NCBI GenBank assembly: GCA_010909165.1
Contig: MU008182.1
Location: forward strand, 682,001-746,000
DNA length: 64,000 nucleotides
Source: Anthoceros angustus
Lineage: Eukaryota > Plantae > Anthocerotophyta
Direction: 5' to 3'
The position numbers were made by a program, and so were the translations under genes. Position 1 is the first letter of the stretch; each line of letters starts with the position of its first letter. Below the pieces are notes generated by a model that was given only the letters and a program-made list of their open reading frames with translations, was not told where the DNA came from and did no database searches. Shown in pieces: positions 23,380 to 36,790 of the stretch.

Positions 23380-24540
23380 TCACATGTCCCCCACCTGCAC
23401 GACCAAGAGATCTTCTAGGGAGTCGGACAAGGATGAGGCAGTGAACTCCTCGACCTCCTCGATGGTGTGGACCAGTTGAGCACCCTCAAAATTTCTTAAC
23501 TCACTAATGGGAAATCCACTCCTAAAGCTCCGGCCTTGGATATCATGGGGCAAAGGGTCTCCCCCATAGGTTCTGCTTGCCATCCAGCCAATTGTGCATG
23601 AAAAGATGCAATATGATTGACGCTCTCCTGTAGGCAACGGGACGGCTCCGTGACAAGCTAAGAAGCATTTTGTTGTTGTTGGACGGAGATCGTTGGGTCG
23701 TTTCTTCCTAAGGTAAGTTAAGGTGGAAAATGCAGCTCTCCAGCTGAGAGTAGGGGAGCTGACCTTGGAGAGGAACGCCTACAAGGGTAGGTATGAGGAA
23801 GGTACGTGGCCAGAAGACCTCGATGAGTTGGAGTTGGAATACCAAAGTTTAGGGGTCAACCTTCACAACAAGATTCTCAAGGCGAACAACGAAGTGTTAT
23901 ACCTTGTGAAGAGAAGGATGCTTGGGCCGCATGATGATGACAGGGAGACCCTTATGAATATCAAGCCTGGGGCCTTAGACTTAGAAGAGTTGGTGGGCTA
24001 GCTTCGTTTGAAGGGCATAATCAGCCCAAAATCGCCTTTTCTGTACCACCAACATATGATGCATAATCGCCTTATGGCGATTCTCCTCCTCTACTCTTCT
24101 CCTCTCCAACTCCGCTAACCGCTCCGGGAGACCTTCATGCTCCCTTCGCCAATCCTCCAGCTCCATTTCCAAACCTCGCACCAAGAGCGCCCGCTCCTCG
24201 AGCTCAGCGTTCTTTACCTCCAAGTTCCGGAAAATTTCTCCCATCTCCTTTTCCAAGTCGTGAATCCTCATGGCTTGTTTGGCCATGACCCGCTCATGGG
24301 CCTCAATGTGCTCACGCGCCCTCTTCGCCTGCTCTTGGGCTTGTTCCTTATCTTGCCTCTCTGACACTTACTTAGCATCTTGCAGATCTTAAGCACCTCT
24401 TCTAGAGGCCCCAAGACAGTTCCTCCTGCCTGCAAACCCTTGGGCTCCTCACTCCTTCCACGAGAATTCGCATCATGTGCCTTCACATGGCGAGCCTCCC
24501 GCTTATTGCTCGCTAGGGTCACCTCTCCCACTGTGGCCCC
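23380..24540 (-). mobile_element. Fragment of the coiled-coil ORF family also present at 56.8-58.3 kb, with an internal inversion
   Basis: RHKAIMHHMLVVQKRRFWADYALQ (-) matches RHEAVVQHMLAVREQRFRADYALQ at 57.5 kb. LHNKILKA..RRMLGPHDDDR (+) matches 57.7 kb. Confidence 0.75.
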
Positions 24541-24594
24541 ATCAACCCATCCTTTTAAAGGGATAAGGGTTGATTACAACCCTTATGGTAATCT

Positions 24595-26640
24595 GTAGTT
24601 ATATAGGTCACGATATATTAGGATTAATTATGAACACTTTATGCACTTGGCTCTCACCCAAAGTTTTCATGGTATCAGAGCCATGCAAACAATTCTGCAT
24701 CAATTGAATCGAGATGTCGAGATCGGGTAGCTCAAATGGCCAGGGTTATCGAAGAAGCAATGATAATCAGAAAAGGATTTTTCCTCAGAAAATACATCAT
24801 TTGCCGATTGATACAACCCTAGACCTTTTCGAGCAGGATTACCTAAACTATCTGGCTAAGAAGATTTGCAGATAAGTTCTCTGGGTGAGGTCGAGACCGA
24901 AAATTACAAAATCCCGATCAACATCAGAGAACAAAGGCTCTGTTCAGAGCTCGGACTACAAAGAGAGGACAGAATCCAGATTTGTTCTATTCTCAACCTG
25001 TAGCATCAGAGTGCCATACGAAAATACCCTGAGCTGTACAATTCAGACATAATACAGATTTAGCATCATCCAGCAACTCACAGGACAAAATTGTCAGGTC
25101 ACTTGTTGGTGTAACAAGACTGGAGAAGACTATGTCCTTAATCCTTTCAAAACAGGAATTGATTAAGGATCTTCTCAGAGATGCCAATCTACCCATTATC
25201 AATCGCACAATCTTGGCTGATATATTGACCACACAATTAGAGATCAGCAAGATAATGTGAAATTTAGCAAAGCTGGAAATTGATGTACAAGAGATCAATC
25301 GCAATTCAACAAACTCAAGATCATCTCAAATGTCATGACCACTTCCCCTGCAAGGAGAGCCTCCTGCGCCTGCGCGCTGGAGCGCGTTGGAGTGAGCAGC
25401 CACCATCCTCATACCAAGCGACGTTAAGATACGCCATGACTGTTGGCCGTTTCCATTCCCAGGAAGGTGATAGGTCCAACTGTCCTCTGTGTCCCTTCAT
25501 AAATAGGTAGACAAGCGGTTAGTTTTTTGAAGACTATGTTTCGAGTAAACCTAACATGACGTTTCATTCTTACCTTTTTTAAGAAAAAGAACCGTTTTCA
25601 GCAGACGGAAAGTTTGACGAAGAGGTCAGCACAAGTAGGCCAGATAATCAATTTTACCTTTCCTTCCCGGGCTGACCCCTCCCATCAAACCTTCCTGCAT
25701 GATGCACTATTAGCTTCCTTTACAGTGTGGGATAGCGAACATTTACACGATTAGTTAGAGTCATAACTATAACTATCCTGCAAAAGTTCGCATGTCTACA
25801 AGGTACCTAGACGCGGTATCCCTTCAATTTCAGAAACTCAGCTTAAACACTCAACCCTGGTATGAATCAAAGTCCGTAGTTATGTATGCAATGACAAGTG
25901 GACCATTGTTTACCTCTGAATTGCCGGAAAAGGATCGCTTCAATGGAACTAAATACTCTGTATGGAGAGTACGGATGAAATCCACTCCGCTGGCTCGAGG
26001 AATCTGGAATATAGTTGATGGATCACGGAAGAAACCAGATCCTACTGCAATTTCATCCCCTTCAGCAGCAGAAATAAAACAATGGGATGGACCAGTGTTT
26101 ACCTCTGAATTGAAGGAAAAGGATCGCTTCAATTGAACTAAATACTCTGTATGGAGAGTACGGATGAAATCCACTATGCTGGCTCGAGGAGTCTGGAATA
26201 TAGTTGATGGATCATGGAAGAAACCGGATCTTGTTGCAATTTCATCCCCTTCAACAACAGAAATAACACAATGGGATCAGCATAATAGTATCTCAATCGC
26301 ATTGCTTGCTGGAGGACTAGATGTTGACCTTGTGCCTGATATGGAATACCTTACAGAAGCATTTGCCATATGGAACCAACTGGAGAAAACATATCAAGTT
26401 AAAAACATGATGACTCTTTGTGCTGTAAGACAGGAGTTCTATAGTCTGAAAATGAAAGAGGGAGAAAAGGTAGCAACCTACACACGTAAATTCCGTCATT
26501 TTGAGAGCCCATATCACCTCGCTGATTGGGGTCCAAATGCTAGAGCTTGATGTTGTTGCCCAATTCCTGACAAGCTTAGCATCATCATATCAGTCCTTTG
26601 TGACTAGTCAGAATGGTCTGATATGCAAGGCCGGCACCTC
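24595..26640 (+). mobile_element. Ty1/copia LTR retrotransposon 5' fragment (LTR end, PBS, UBN2-type gag)
   Basis: ..TTTTCA is followed by the tRNA-iMet PBS TGGTATCAGAGC (24670-24681). Gag reads FNGTKYSVWRVRMKS..GIWNIVDG..AFAIWNQLEKTY..FYSLKMKEGE. There is an internal 189-bp duplication (25901/26090). Confidence 0.85.
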
Positions 26641-27432
26641 TGCAGCTTCTGCAAAGTCGTTGGCAGACCCATAGCCAGGATGTACAAAACTCAACCTATA
26701 CAAGCTTCCTGTTGTTGGCGGATCCATGGTCAAGATATACAAAACTCAACCTACGCAAGCTTCCTGTCGTTTTGACCCATGATGAGGATAGAAAAAAACT
26801 ATATGTTGATGTGTTTTTTCACAAAACTAGAATGTTGATACATATACCCACATGTTGGTTGCATAGTTACAAATAGTTAAACTATGCAATTCCAAAAGAC
26901 TGAAGGCTGTAAAAACTAATTTTACAAATAAAGAACTTGGGCCAAACTCCAGCAACTTAACCCTAGAGCGGCAAGTGGGATGTGCTTAGAGGAAGGTTGG
27001 AAAAATCACATATATAGGAAATGGTAGCTGCTCTATGGATATAGCAATATGTTGGTTGTATGGTAACAAATAGTTGATGCAATGCCTATAGAGGAAAGTT
27101 CGCGTATTTGATCCCAACATTTGGATATGTGGTTTTGTGGAAGTGTGGCTGCAAGAAGATCTAAGGTGAATAACCATCTTCCCAATTGAGACAAGCTCAC
27201 AAAATACACTATCGAGATACATAGCTAGTTCCAGTTCTAGTTGTGACTTGGTAGAGAGCAAGTCCGAGAGCTCGTCTAGTTTTGAGTAAGGGGGCTACAG
27301 CCAGAAAAGCGCTCTTCGTTAATTATAGAGCAAGTAGCACCTACACGAGGTGGGCAATAAGTTGTTTATGAGACGACAGGCTACTTGGATCCTAACGCCG
27401 TGGGGTGGACGACATCAATTCGTGGTATCATC

Positions 27433-28929
27433 ATGGATAAAATTTTTCCTTTTATGTGTTTTGTGCTTATTTTGAGTCATGTGCGTAGCGCAAGTGCCAA
27501 GAACTTTACTGGTCTTTATATTTTTGGAGATTCATCTGTGGATGCTGGTAATAATCAGCATCGAAATACTCATGGACTAGCAAGAGCTGACTTTCCTCCA
27601 TTTGGGCAAGATTTTGCACATCACAAAGCTACCGGACGACATACTAATGGTTTTCTTGCAATTGATTTTATAGCTCAACACCTTAATTTGACTCATCTTC
27701 CACGTCCTTATTTAGATCCCCATAATAATAATCTTGGTGTGGGTGTTAATTTTGGATCAGCTAGGTCTGGTATTCTTCGTGATACAGGGATACATGAATA
27801 TGGAGATGTTATACCATTAAGAGACCAACTTATGTATTTCAGAGAAGACACATTAAGTCAACTTCATCAACACGATCCAATAAATTATGCTCACCATGTA
27901 GCCAACTCTTTAATTTATGTATCAGCGGGAAATAATGATTGGATGGAATTTCTTACAAGCAACAATCAAACCATATTGAATGAAGTAGACCAATTTGTAG
28001 AGAACATTCTACGCGAATTTAGAGATATCATTCAAGAATTTCATAATATAGGAGTACGAAAGTTTGTTATAGCAGAGGTGCAACCTTTGGGATGTATGCC
28101 CTTTTTATTGGCAAAACATAATACAACAAATACTTCGGGAAAATGTTTAGGCCATATCAACCAAAAAATCGTAAACTATAACAAGAAGCTTCGAGCTACA
28201 GTAAAGGATATGCTTGAACAAGATGATGGAATAAAAGAAGCAAAAGTATTTGTGGCTCCTGTTTATCATATTACTCATCATGCGATAAAACATCTTTCTA
28301 GTCATGGATTTGACAATAATACTGCATGTTGTGGTGGAGGACATTTCAATGGCCAAACTTATTGCCAACGTCATTCAGTGGCTTGCAGTCATGCAAAAAA
28401 GTTTCCTTGGTGGGATGCGTTTCATGCATCAGAAGCATTGAACAAATTCGTTGCACACGAACTTTTTTCGGGAACATTTCATTTTGACATGTCAATCTTT
28501 TGTAAGAATATTTATCAGATTATTTTTGACTTCGAGATAATCATTAATGGTGGTTCCCCAAGTTCTTCATCTTCAAGTGCAACATCACCGACAAAGCCAA
28601 CTTTAGGTGCACCAACATCGCCAACGGAGCCATCTTCACGTTCACCACCCTCACCAAAGGAACCATCTCCAGGTGCACCACCATTGCCGGCTGAACCTAC
28701 GACGACACCACTCTCGACCCCTCTTCGTTCACCGCCGACAGGACCTGTTACAACTCCTGTCCGAGGGCCTCCTTCATCACCTCTGACCGGGGGTAACACC
28801 CCAGTTATTCCATCATCGTCAGCATCCCCTATCTCTGTAGGGCGTCCTCTTGCTTCAAGCCCCGATGATGCGTACGATGATGATGATAATGACCCGGATG
28901 GTGAAGGTTATAACTATAGACAACATTAA
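27433..28929 (+). CDS. Secreted GDSL (SGNH) esterase/lipase with Pro/Ser/Thr-rich tail, intronless, copy 2
   Basis: Catalytic domain nearly identical to 21019..22521; the tail is diverged. Confidence 0.92.
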   Translation: MDKIFPFMCFVLILSHVRSASAKNFTGLYIFGDSSVDAGNNQHRNTHGLARADFPPFGQDFAHHKATGRHTNGFLAIDFIAQHLNLTHLPRPYLDPHNNNLGVGVNFGSARSGILRDTGIHEYGDVIPLRDQLMYFREDTLSQLHQHDPINYAHHVANSLIYVSAGNNDWMEFLTSNNQTILNEVDQFVENILREFRDIIQEFHNIGVRKFVIAEVQPLGCMPFLLAKHNTTNTSGKCLGHINQKIVNYNKKLRATVKDMLEQDDGIKEAKVFVAPVYHITHHAIKHLSSHGFDNNTACCGGGHFNGQTYCQRHSVACSHAKKFPWWDAFHASEALNKFVAHELFSGTFHFDMSIFCKNIYQIIFDFEIIINGGSPSSSSSSATSPTKPTLGAPTSPTEPSSRSPPSPKEPSPGAPPLPAEPTTTPLSTPLRSPPTGPVTTPVRGPPSSPLTGGNTPVIPSSSASPISVGRPLASSPDDAYDDDDNDPDGEGYNYRQH

Positions 28930-29737
28930 TGGAAAAAGTTTATTCTCTCAACTCGAATACTTAGGAGTTAGGGTTTGGATGTATGGTATTTAGGGGTCTA
29001 GCCTTAGGATTAAAATCCTGAAGGATTTTTTTTGTGACTATTATGGTCAAGGTTACTCTTGGTCCCCTTCGACAAATAATGTTAGATGAGAATAGCATCT
29101 TATTTTGTCATAATAAAGATAGGACTTATTGTCTAAGTGCTACATGTGTTTGTTTAAATGACATGGCAAGGAGTAACTAATAGTATGTATAAGGAATCAG
29201 AAGTGGCTTAATAATATTTGCCATTGATATTATATATATGGCTTGAAGAAACACCATCTCAAAATATAATTGTTGTGCCATCTAGCAAGAATTGGGATGA
29301 TAGCATGTTGAGTAGAATAATACTTGTCATGCCATCACACAAGAAGTGCTATGATAGCATATTGAGTAGAACAATACTTGTCATCCCGTCTTCCATGAAT
29401 TGGCATGATGAGCATGTTGAGCAAAGCCTCTAATTCAACTGTTTCATCCGTGTTCTTATGCAATTTCGAACATATCATGATTAGGTCATTGTAGCACAAT
29501 TGTATCTTTGTTTCTTACATGATTAGGTCATTTTAGCACAATTGTATCTTTCTTTTTTCTAGGTTTAAGTAATCACTAGCTCGTCCTTGCTAGACTATTT
29601 TGGTTCGTACGAAAATATAAAGGATATAAAGTGGAAGACCATCTTGGGTGTAATTCAATTCCCATAGATATTATCGATGGAATTAGAGATTGAGGAACTA
29701 GTGTGTGATTGAAGAATTAGTGTGTTCCATCACATAC

Positions 29738-29969
29738 TTGTACACTCAATGTGCCAACTTCTGAATTCTATGCAACAGAGAGTTCATTTTATGTGCAATT
29801 TGGAATCTGCTAGCAATTAGCTTCTCGGATCTCTCAAGTTCAAATTGCGCCATTGTATACTCAATGTGCCAACATCTGAATTCTATGCAATAGAGAGTTC
29901 ATTTTATGTGCAATTTGGAATATGCTAGCAATTAGCTTCTCGGATCTTTCAAGTTCAAATTGTACCATT
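29738..29969. repeat. Tandem duplication of ~116 bp
   Basis: TTGTA(C/T)ACTCAATGTGCCAAC..TCAAGTTCAAATTG occurs twice. Confidence 0.9.
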
Positions 29970-30842
29970 ATATTTATCATGACAAAGGGCTTACGTTGAT
30001 TGCAATAGGACAATTCTGAAGACATTGGTGTCTTAACGAGTGAGTGATGTAGCCCATGAGCAAGATATACACAACTTAAGAGGGATTCATTGCTATAATA
30101 ATCTCTTGGTATATTCAGCCATACAAAAGCATGCTACCACTTCTTGTAGAGAGGATTCATGCTCAAGATCTCAAAGAGCTCTTTCCGTACCATAATCTTG
30201 TTTGTGTAAATTGAGTTCCTAATTTAGATGCCACCAACTGTCAATGTCCCCTTTCTTTTTTCTATGTCCCCTTTCTTTTTTCAACATCCCCTTTATGTTG
30301 TTCCCTACTTCTTGACCAGACCTCGATCTAAAGACAAAGTCTCTTTCATGAGCTAATTGATTTTACTTTGTTTTTTTCATGAGCTATTTGATTTTTAGTT
30401 ATGCAAAGTATGTAACAGGAGCCATTGATCCCCATAGTTTGTTGACTAGCATGTGCCATTAATTGAAATTGATGAGTAAAAATTCTTCACCAATACGTGC
30501 CATTGATTAAAAGTTAATCAATTTATTAAAGGTGTTGATTTAAAAATCAAACAAAATAAAAATTTATTATCAGCACATCAGCCAACTTCATACTCAACGA
30601 AAACACTTCTTGAGACGATTAAGCTAATTCACTACTAAACAACCTCCATGATGCTATGTTTTCATGAAAAGTTACCGCTATATTATTTTCAATTGTGATA
30701 CTAACATGAGACTTTATAGATATGCACAAATGGAAAGTCCCTTCTACACCGAGGGAGTGGAAAAACCCACTAAAGAACCCCCATTGTGATGTCGCTCTCT
30801 TTTATCTTTCCGAAAAACTCTGGAGACGAGGGCTCGCCACTT

Positions 30843-30959
30843 GGCAACTGGGCAACGGGGCAACTGGGCAACGGGGCAACTGGGCAACTGGGCAACGGGG
30901 CAACGGGGCAACGGGGCAACGGGGCAACGGGGCAACGGGGCAGCGGGGCAACGGGGCAA
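30843..30959 (+). repeat. 8-bp minisatellite (GGGGCAAC/TGGGCAAC)n, about 14 copies
   Basis: Read directly from the sequence; it produces the GNGATGQR-type repeats in overlapping ORFs. Confidence 0.95.
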
Positions 30960-33559
30960 GGCCCCGTTCCCTCTGGCATCGCTGTATTACCGAAACTACA
31001 AGTTCGTATTCCGTGAATGTGCTGATCCGGCGAGTAGGTACGCCGGAAAGAGGAGGAAGTTCCGAGCAGTCGGCGAGAGGTAAGCAACCGGAAGCAGCGC
31101 GAAGAAGGCTGCGTACTCGAGGGCATCGGTGGGAGAGACACGGACTCATGTGGCCCTGCCTTCTGCACCTGCCGGGCCTCCACGTTGCGAGAGCGGAGGA
31201 ATCCTGCGCTGTTTGTCCCGTCCCCGGTAATGTGGCTTCCTCACCAACCCCGTCCTGGCCTCGTGAAACTGTGTGATTTGCAGTACTCCAGGCAGCCAAG
31301 TACCATTTGACTCCCCTGCCAATCCATCATTCCTTGCAGCCCTAGCCCGGGGGAGAGGAGGAGCGGGCAGGGCGCCTGCCCTTCCAGTGGGGTCTGTGTC
31401 CGTCACATGCTGCATGTTAGGGGATGATGGCCCGGCATGAATCTTCTGCTCACTCGGTACTCCAGTTGACCTGAGCCGAGACAGGGGAGGGTGGTGGGGA
31501 AGGTGCGTCAAAGATACTGGACCAACAGTCGGGTAGGTGCAAGGTACTTTCGGCGCTCCCAGCACATCAGCAAGCGATAGATAATCTAGCTCTTGGGCCC
31601 TCGGCTGTCGCTTGAGGGCTTGGCTTTTGTCTGCTTGTCTCTGTCTCAGGGTTCCTTCTCTCTGCCTGTGGTATGGTATTTTATGCTGCGTCTCTTGTTG
31701 GTGGCGAGCACTGGGAACGCTAGGGTTTTGGCGGGAGGGGAGATTAAGGAAGGCATATCTCACTCCTGAGTCCTGAGTACAGGACAGGGTAGTAGAGGTA
31801 CAGATGCTTGGGAGGTGTCAGCTGCGCAAACGTCCCTGTCCTGTGTCACCACCCTCTTTTCGTCGATGCTCTGCAATCATTTCTTACAGCTGCTTTACCA
31901 ACTCAACGCGCTTGTGATTCACAGCTTGCAGGGAGCGTTTGGAAGCTTCACTCTGGATCCTGCGGGTAAGTGGTGAGTACTGTGTGCGGCGTGAGATCCC
32001 GCCCTTGCCATTGACTTGGTTTTACTTTGTCCCAGCCTCTTACGCTAACCCATTTGTCAAACACAGCCCTCCCGAGGAAGGTGTGCCATGTGCTGCCTAC
32101 TGCACAGTTGTATCAGATCCGGATTCCCAAGTAACTCACGCGCTGGAGAGTCGAGCTGGATGCAGGTTACACGCGCCTGATGATCTGAGAAGCAGAAGCA
32201 GAAGCCTCGGAAATTGTGCAGGCCTGCGGTGAAACTGATGTCAAAAGACTGCGCCTCGGGGGAGAGGGTTTCTGACTCGGGGAAAACTTTGTTTGTATAT
32301 GTGGAAAGAATGTGAATGTTACTGGCCACTGTTTGTGATGGGGAGGACACCACCTGCCTGAACAGCACCGACATTCCAGCTGCCACATGCGCTTCTCGTG
32401 ACACAGTCACCTCTTCTGTCGGACTTGGACTCTTATCTTCTGTACTCTTGTGCATATTCCCCTGCCCAGGTATTCCCCATCACCGTCCAGCCACACTGCT
32501 GCCCATATGCTCTTGTTGGTGGAACCTGCACAAATCCAGGCTCCAAGTAACATCCGCGCCTTGTCTTGTACGCAACTAGCTGCGGGAGAGCTTGGAAAAC
32601 CCCTATCTGGAATCTCTCTCGTCTCATCGCCCACTCCAGGCTCGGATTGACTTCTCAAGAGAATGTGCTTTCGTGTCACCTCTTTCGCCAGTCCGACCAG
32701 CCACTGGCTTGGTCGCTGACGGAGCTCTGCCGTGTTGCTTTCCGGTATCACACATGACTGCCTTCAGCCCTGCTTTGACTAGGTCTGGGTGGCATGCAGA
32801 TGTAGGCGTCTCGTGAGCTGGTAATGGAATCTGGCAACCAAGGCGTCACACTTCGCAATAAGCTACCAATGAAAAAGTCCTGCCGCATCCATATCACGGG
32901 AACAAAATGAACGTCACGTACAACAATGTTGCGTTTGCCCCAACATTTTACCTTGACAACGTTGACAGGCAAGTTAGATTTGTAAACGACCTCACATTGT
33001 TAAGGTGCAACCTTCAGCCATGGGCATGAAACCATTGTTTCCATCAGCGGAACGAGCGTCGATGGTAGGGCTGCTTGAACCCTTTTCAGAGCAGAAGCAT
33101 GAATGTGGAGACGATGATCGCCCCCCGCCTCCCCCCCTCCCCGTTTCTCGTTGAAGAACCTCATGGTATGGTTTTAAATTGTTCCCTGGTGTTGTGCTAG
33201 TGAATCGAATGCCTCAGGCATTCGGTTGTTTCTGGAGCAAATTCCTGTCAAGCCTGCAGGGCGTCTGTATCACCATTCCACATCAGGAACGGCGGAGCCG
33301 TCAACTCTCAGCCATACAAATGGGACTGTGACTATGTATGACCTGGTGTGACTTGGAAAAGGGCGAAGATCCGACCACTTCCACTCCCAACAAAGTCACA
33401 AAGGGCAAAGTGCTGCCCCCTTCCACTCCCAGTAATCTATACATGCCAACCTACCAGCCCCACACTCCACTTTGCTGCTCCGGAGTCAGCCATCACAGAA
33501 AAGTAAAGGAACCTGTTCAGCAAACTTGCGACGCTGCTGGATGGCACTAACTTTTTACA

Positions 33560-33694
33560 ACACACTCCCCAGCTCTACGAAGCATTCACACTCCCCTGCT
33601 CTACGAAGCCTTCACACTCCCCTGCTCTGTGGAGCCTTCACACTCCCCTGCTCTATGGAGCCTTCACACTCCCCTGCTCTATGGAGCCTTCACA
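33560..33694. repeat. 26-bp minisatellite, about 5 copies
   Basis: TTCACACTCCCCTGCTCTATGGAGCC units with no spacers. Confidence 0.9.
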
Positions 33695-34594
33695 ACTCAA
33701 ATGTAATGCTTCTACATCAGCGTTCTCGTAGTTCAATCCCTTCTTACATGCTGCTGTGAAAACAGGATATGTGGTGGAATGAACATGAGTCCGCTGCAAA
33801 ACTACATCACTTCGCCTGTCATAATTGTGAGGAGAAAGACTGCACTGCCAGGCCCTGTCATGGAAATAACGAACGTCAGTTTTGGGATGGCGATCATGAA
33901 ATGCAACCAACTGCATATGTACATATATATGTAAGACCGTCTGAGAAGATACGTTTAACCTGGATCTGGGGTTTCAGATTTCAGGCCGTGCACCCGAACT
34001 TAGGGCAAAAGTGCAGACGCTTGGCCGCGATTTCAAATTTGTTCCCGCTGCAGACTATCGAGTGCTGCGGGGGCTGCTTCGAATAGCAATGGCGCGTGGG
34101 ATGGCTATAAAGCGGAACGAGACCACCTCGTCTGACCGCCGTCAATTGCGTGTGTACTGCAAAGAAGCTCGGAGGATCAGGAGCTGCCGCATCTTTTCAC
34201 TTTCCCGCAGCCAGAGCTTGCAGTCCTTTTCACTTTTTTGTCCACTGCTGACTACTCCTGCTGGTGGATCGCCCTTGTCTTTCGGTTTTGGGGATGGCAG
34301 GCTGGCGGCACTGCTGCTTCCTTGAACTGGTGTTGAATTTCTGGTGTTGAACAACATCTGCTGGTGGCTTGTACTGCTTTTCCACAGCTGATGGTGAGAC
34401 GTGCTATGACACATTCGGGGACTGTCATGGCTGTTCCATTACTGCTGTGGGGGACAAGCCTAATTGTTAGTCAGCAACACCAGTTTAACAGCACACTTCA
34501 AGCACCAGCTGTGCGAAGAGGAGTACAAGCCACCAACAGCAGACGCCAGCAGTCTGGGCAATTGCAGCAGGGAAGAGCAGTGCGAATCACCACT

Positions 34595-36790
34595 CTTGCT
34601 AACTTCTTCGCCTTGTCTGTCGAAGCAACTGTCGAAGAGCGGCAACTTCGTACAGATGGATTTGAACAACTCTGTCTCATAACTCAACTCCGATTTGCCT
34701 TGGACCAGCTGCTTGCTTGCCATTACGTTCATAGGTCATACGGTCGGCGCCAGATGTGGGTTCGATGAGATGGTTCATTATGCGTTTGACGGGTTTGGAG
34801 GGTAACCTTTTTGATAGGGATTACTTCTTGCAGTCTTGACTCCATGTCATTTGTTACAGTCAACTGCCTTGCTTTGGTCAAGGACTGTTGCTAACTCATC
34901 CACCTTGTCTGTCGCAGCAATTGTAGAAGAGCGGCGACTTTGTGTAGATGGATTTTGACATCCCTGTCTTATTGCTCAACTTCGATTTGCCTTGGACCAG
35001 CTGTTTGCCTGCCATTACGTTCAAAGGTCATACGGTCGGCGCCAGACGTAGGTTTGATGAGATGGTTCATTATGCGTTTGACGGGTTTGAAGGGAAATAT
35101 TTTGATAGGGCAGATCACTGCTTGCAGTCTTGACTCCATCTCATTTGTCACAGTTAACTTCTTTGCATTGGTCACAGGACTGTTGCTAACTCATCCACCT
35201 TGTTCGTCGCAGTAATTGTAGAAGAGCGGCAACCTTGTGTAGATGAATTTTGACAACCCTGTCTCATTTCCGATTTGCCTTGGACCAGCTATTTGCCTGC
35301 CATTACGTTCAAAGGTCATACGGTCGGCGCCAGACGTAGGTGTGATGAGATGGTTCGTTATGCGTTTGACGGGTTTGAAGGGAAACCTTTTGATAGGGCA
35401 GGTTACTGCTTGCAGTCTTGACCCGTCTCGTTTGTCACAGTTAACTGCTTTGCATTGGTCACAGGACTGTTGCTAACTCATCCACCTTGTCTGTCGCAGT
35501 AACTGTAGAAGAGCGGCAGCCTTGTCTAGATGAATTTTGACAACTCTCTCCCTGAGTGCTCAACTGCGATTTGCCTTGGACCAGCTGCTCGCCAGCCATG
35601 TGGTAGATTACTGCTTGCAGTCTTGACCCCATCTCATGTGTCAGTTAACTGCTTTGCATTGCTGACAGGACTGTTGCTAACTCATCCACCTTGTCTTCCG
35701 CAGTAACTGTAGAAGAGCGGCAACCCTGTCTAGATGGATTTTGACAACTTTCTCCCTAAGTGCTCAATTCCGATTTGCCTTAGACCAGCTGCTCGCCGGC
35801 CATGACTTTCATAGGTCATACGGTCGGCTCCAGACGTAGGTGTGATGAGATGGTTCATGATGCGTTTGACGAGTTTGAAGGGAAACCTTTTGATAGGGCA
35901 GATTACTGCTTTCAGTCTTGACCCCATGTCATGTCACGGTTAACTTCTTTGCATTGGTCACAGGACTGTTGCCAACTCATCCACCTTGTCTTTCGCAGTA
36001 ACTGTAGAAGAGCGGCAACCTTGTCTAGATGGATTTTGACAACTCTCTCCTTGAGTGCTCAATCCGATTTGCCTTGGACCAGCTGCTCGCCGGCCATGAC
36101 TTTCATAGGTCATACGGTTGGCGCCAGACGTATGGTGCCCTTGATGAAATGGTTCATTATGTATTTGACAGATTTGGAGGGCAGAGTGCTTGTAGTCTTG
36201 ACTCCACTGATTTGTCACAGTTAATTGCTTTGCATTGGTCACAGGACTGTTGCTAACTCATCCACCTTGTCTGTCGCAGTAACTGTAGAAGAGCGGCAGC
36301 CTTGTCTAGATGAATTTTGACAACTCTCTCCCTGAGTGCTCAACTGCGATTTGCCTTGGATCAGCTGCTCGCCGGCCATGACTTTCATAGGCCATACGGT
36401 CGGCTCCACGCGTAGGTGTGACGAGATGGTTCATCATTCGTTTGACTGGTTTGAAGGGAGACCTTTTGATAGGGCAGATTACTGCTTGCAGTCTTGACCC
36501 CATCTCATGTGTCACAGTAAATTGCTTTGCATTGGTCACAGGACTGGTTCTAACTTATCCAGCTTGTCTGTCAAAGTAACTGTAGAAGAGCGTCAATGTT
36601 GTCTAGATGAATTTTGACAACTCTCTGAGTGCTCAATTCCGGTTTGCCTTGGACTAGCTGCCCGCCTGCCATGATGTTCATAGACCATGCGGTTGGCGCC
36701 AGAAGTTGCCCTTGATGAGATCGTTTAATATGTGCTTGACTGATTTGGAGGGTAACCTTTTGTTAGAGCAGATTACTGTTTGCATCTTAC
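34595..36790. repeat. ~295-bp tandem repeat array, 7-8 diverged copies
   Basis: Anchor GATTTGCCTTGGACCAGCT near 34692, 34984, 35272, 35568, 35772, 36066, 36348 and 36642. One unit is internally deleted (~200 bp). Confidence 0.92.

Noticed and set aside
31146-32800. Chain of - strand ORFs that might be one decayed gene
   Set aside because: Broken by stops and frameshifts, with no recognisable motif, so it cannot be supported.
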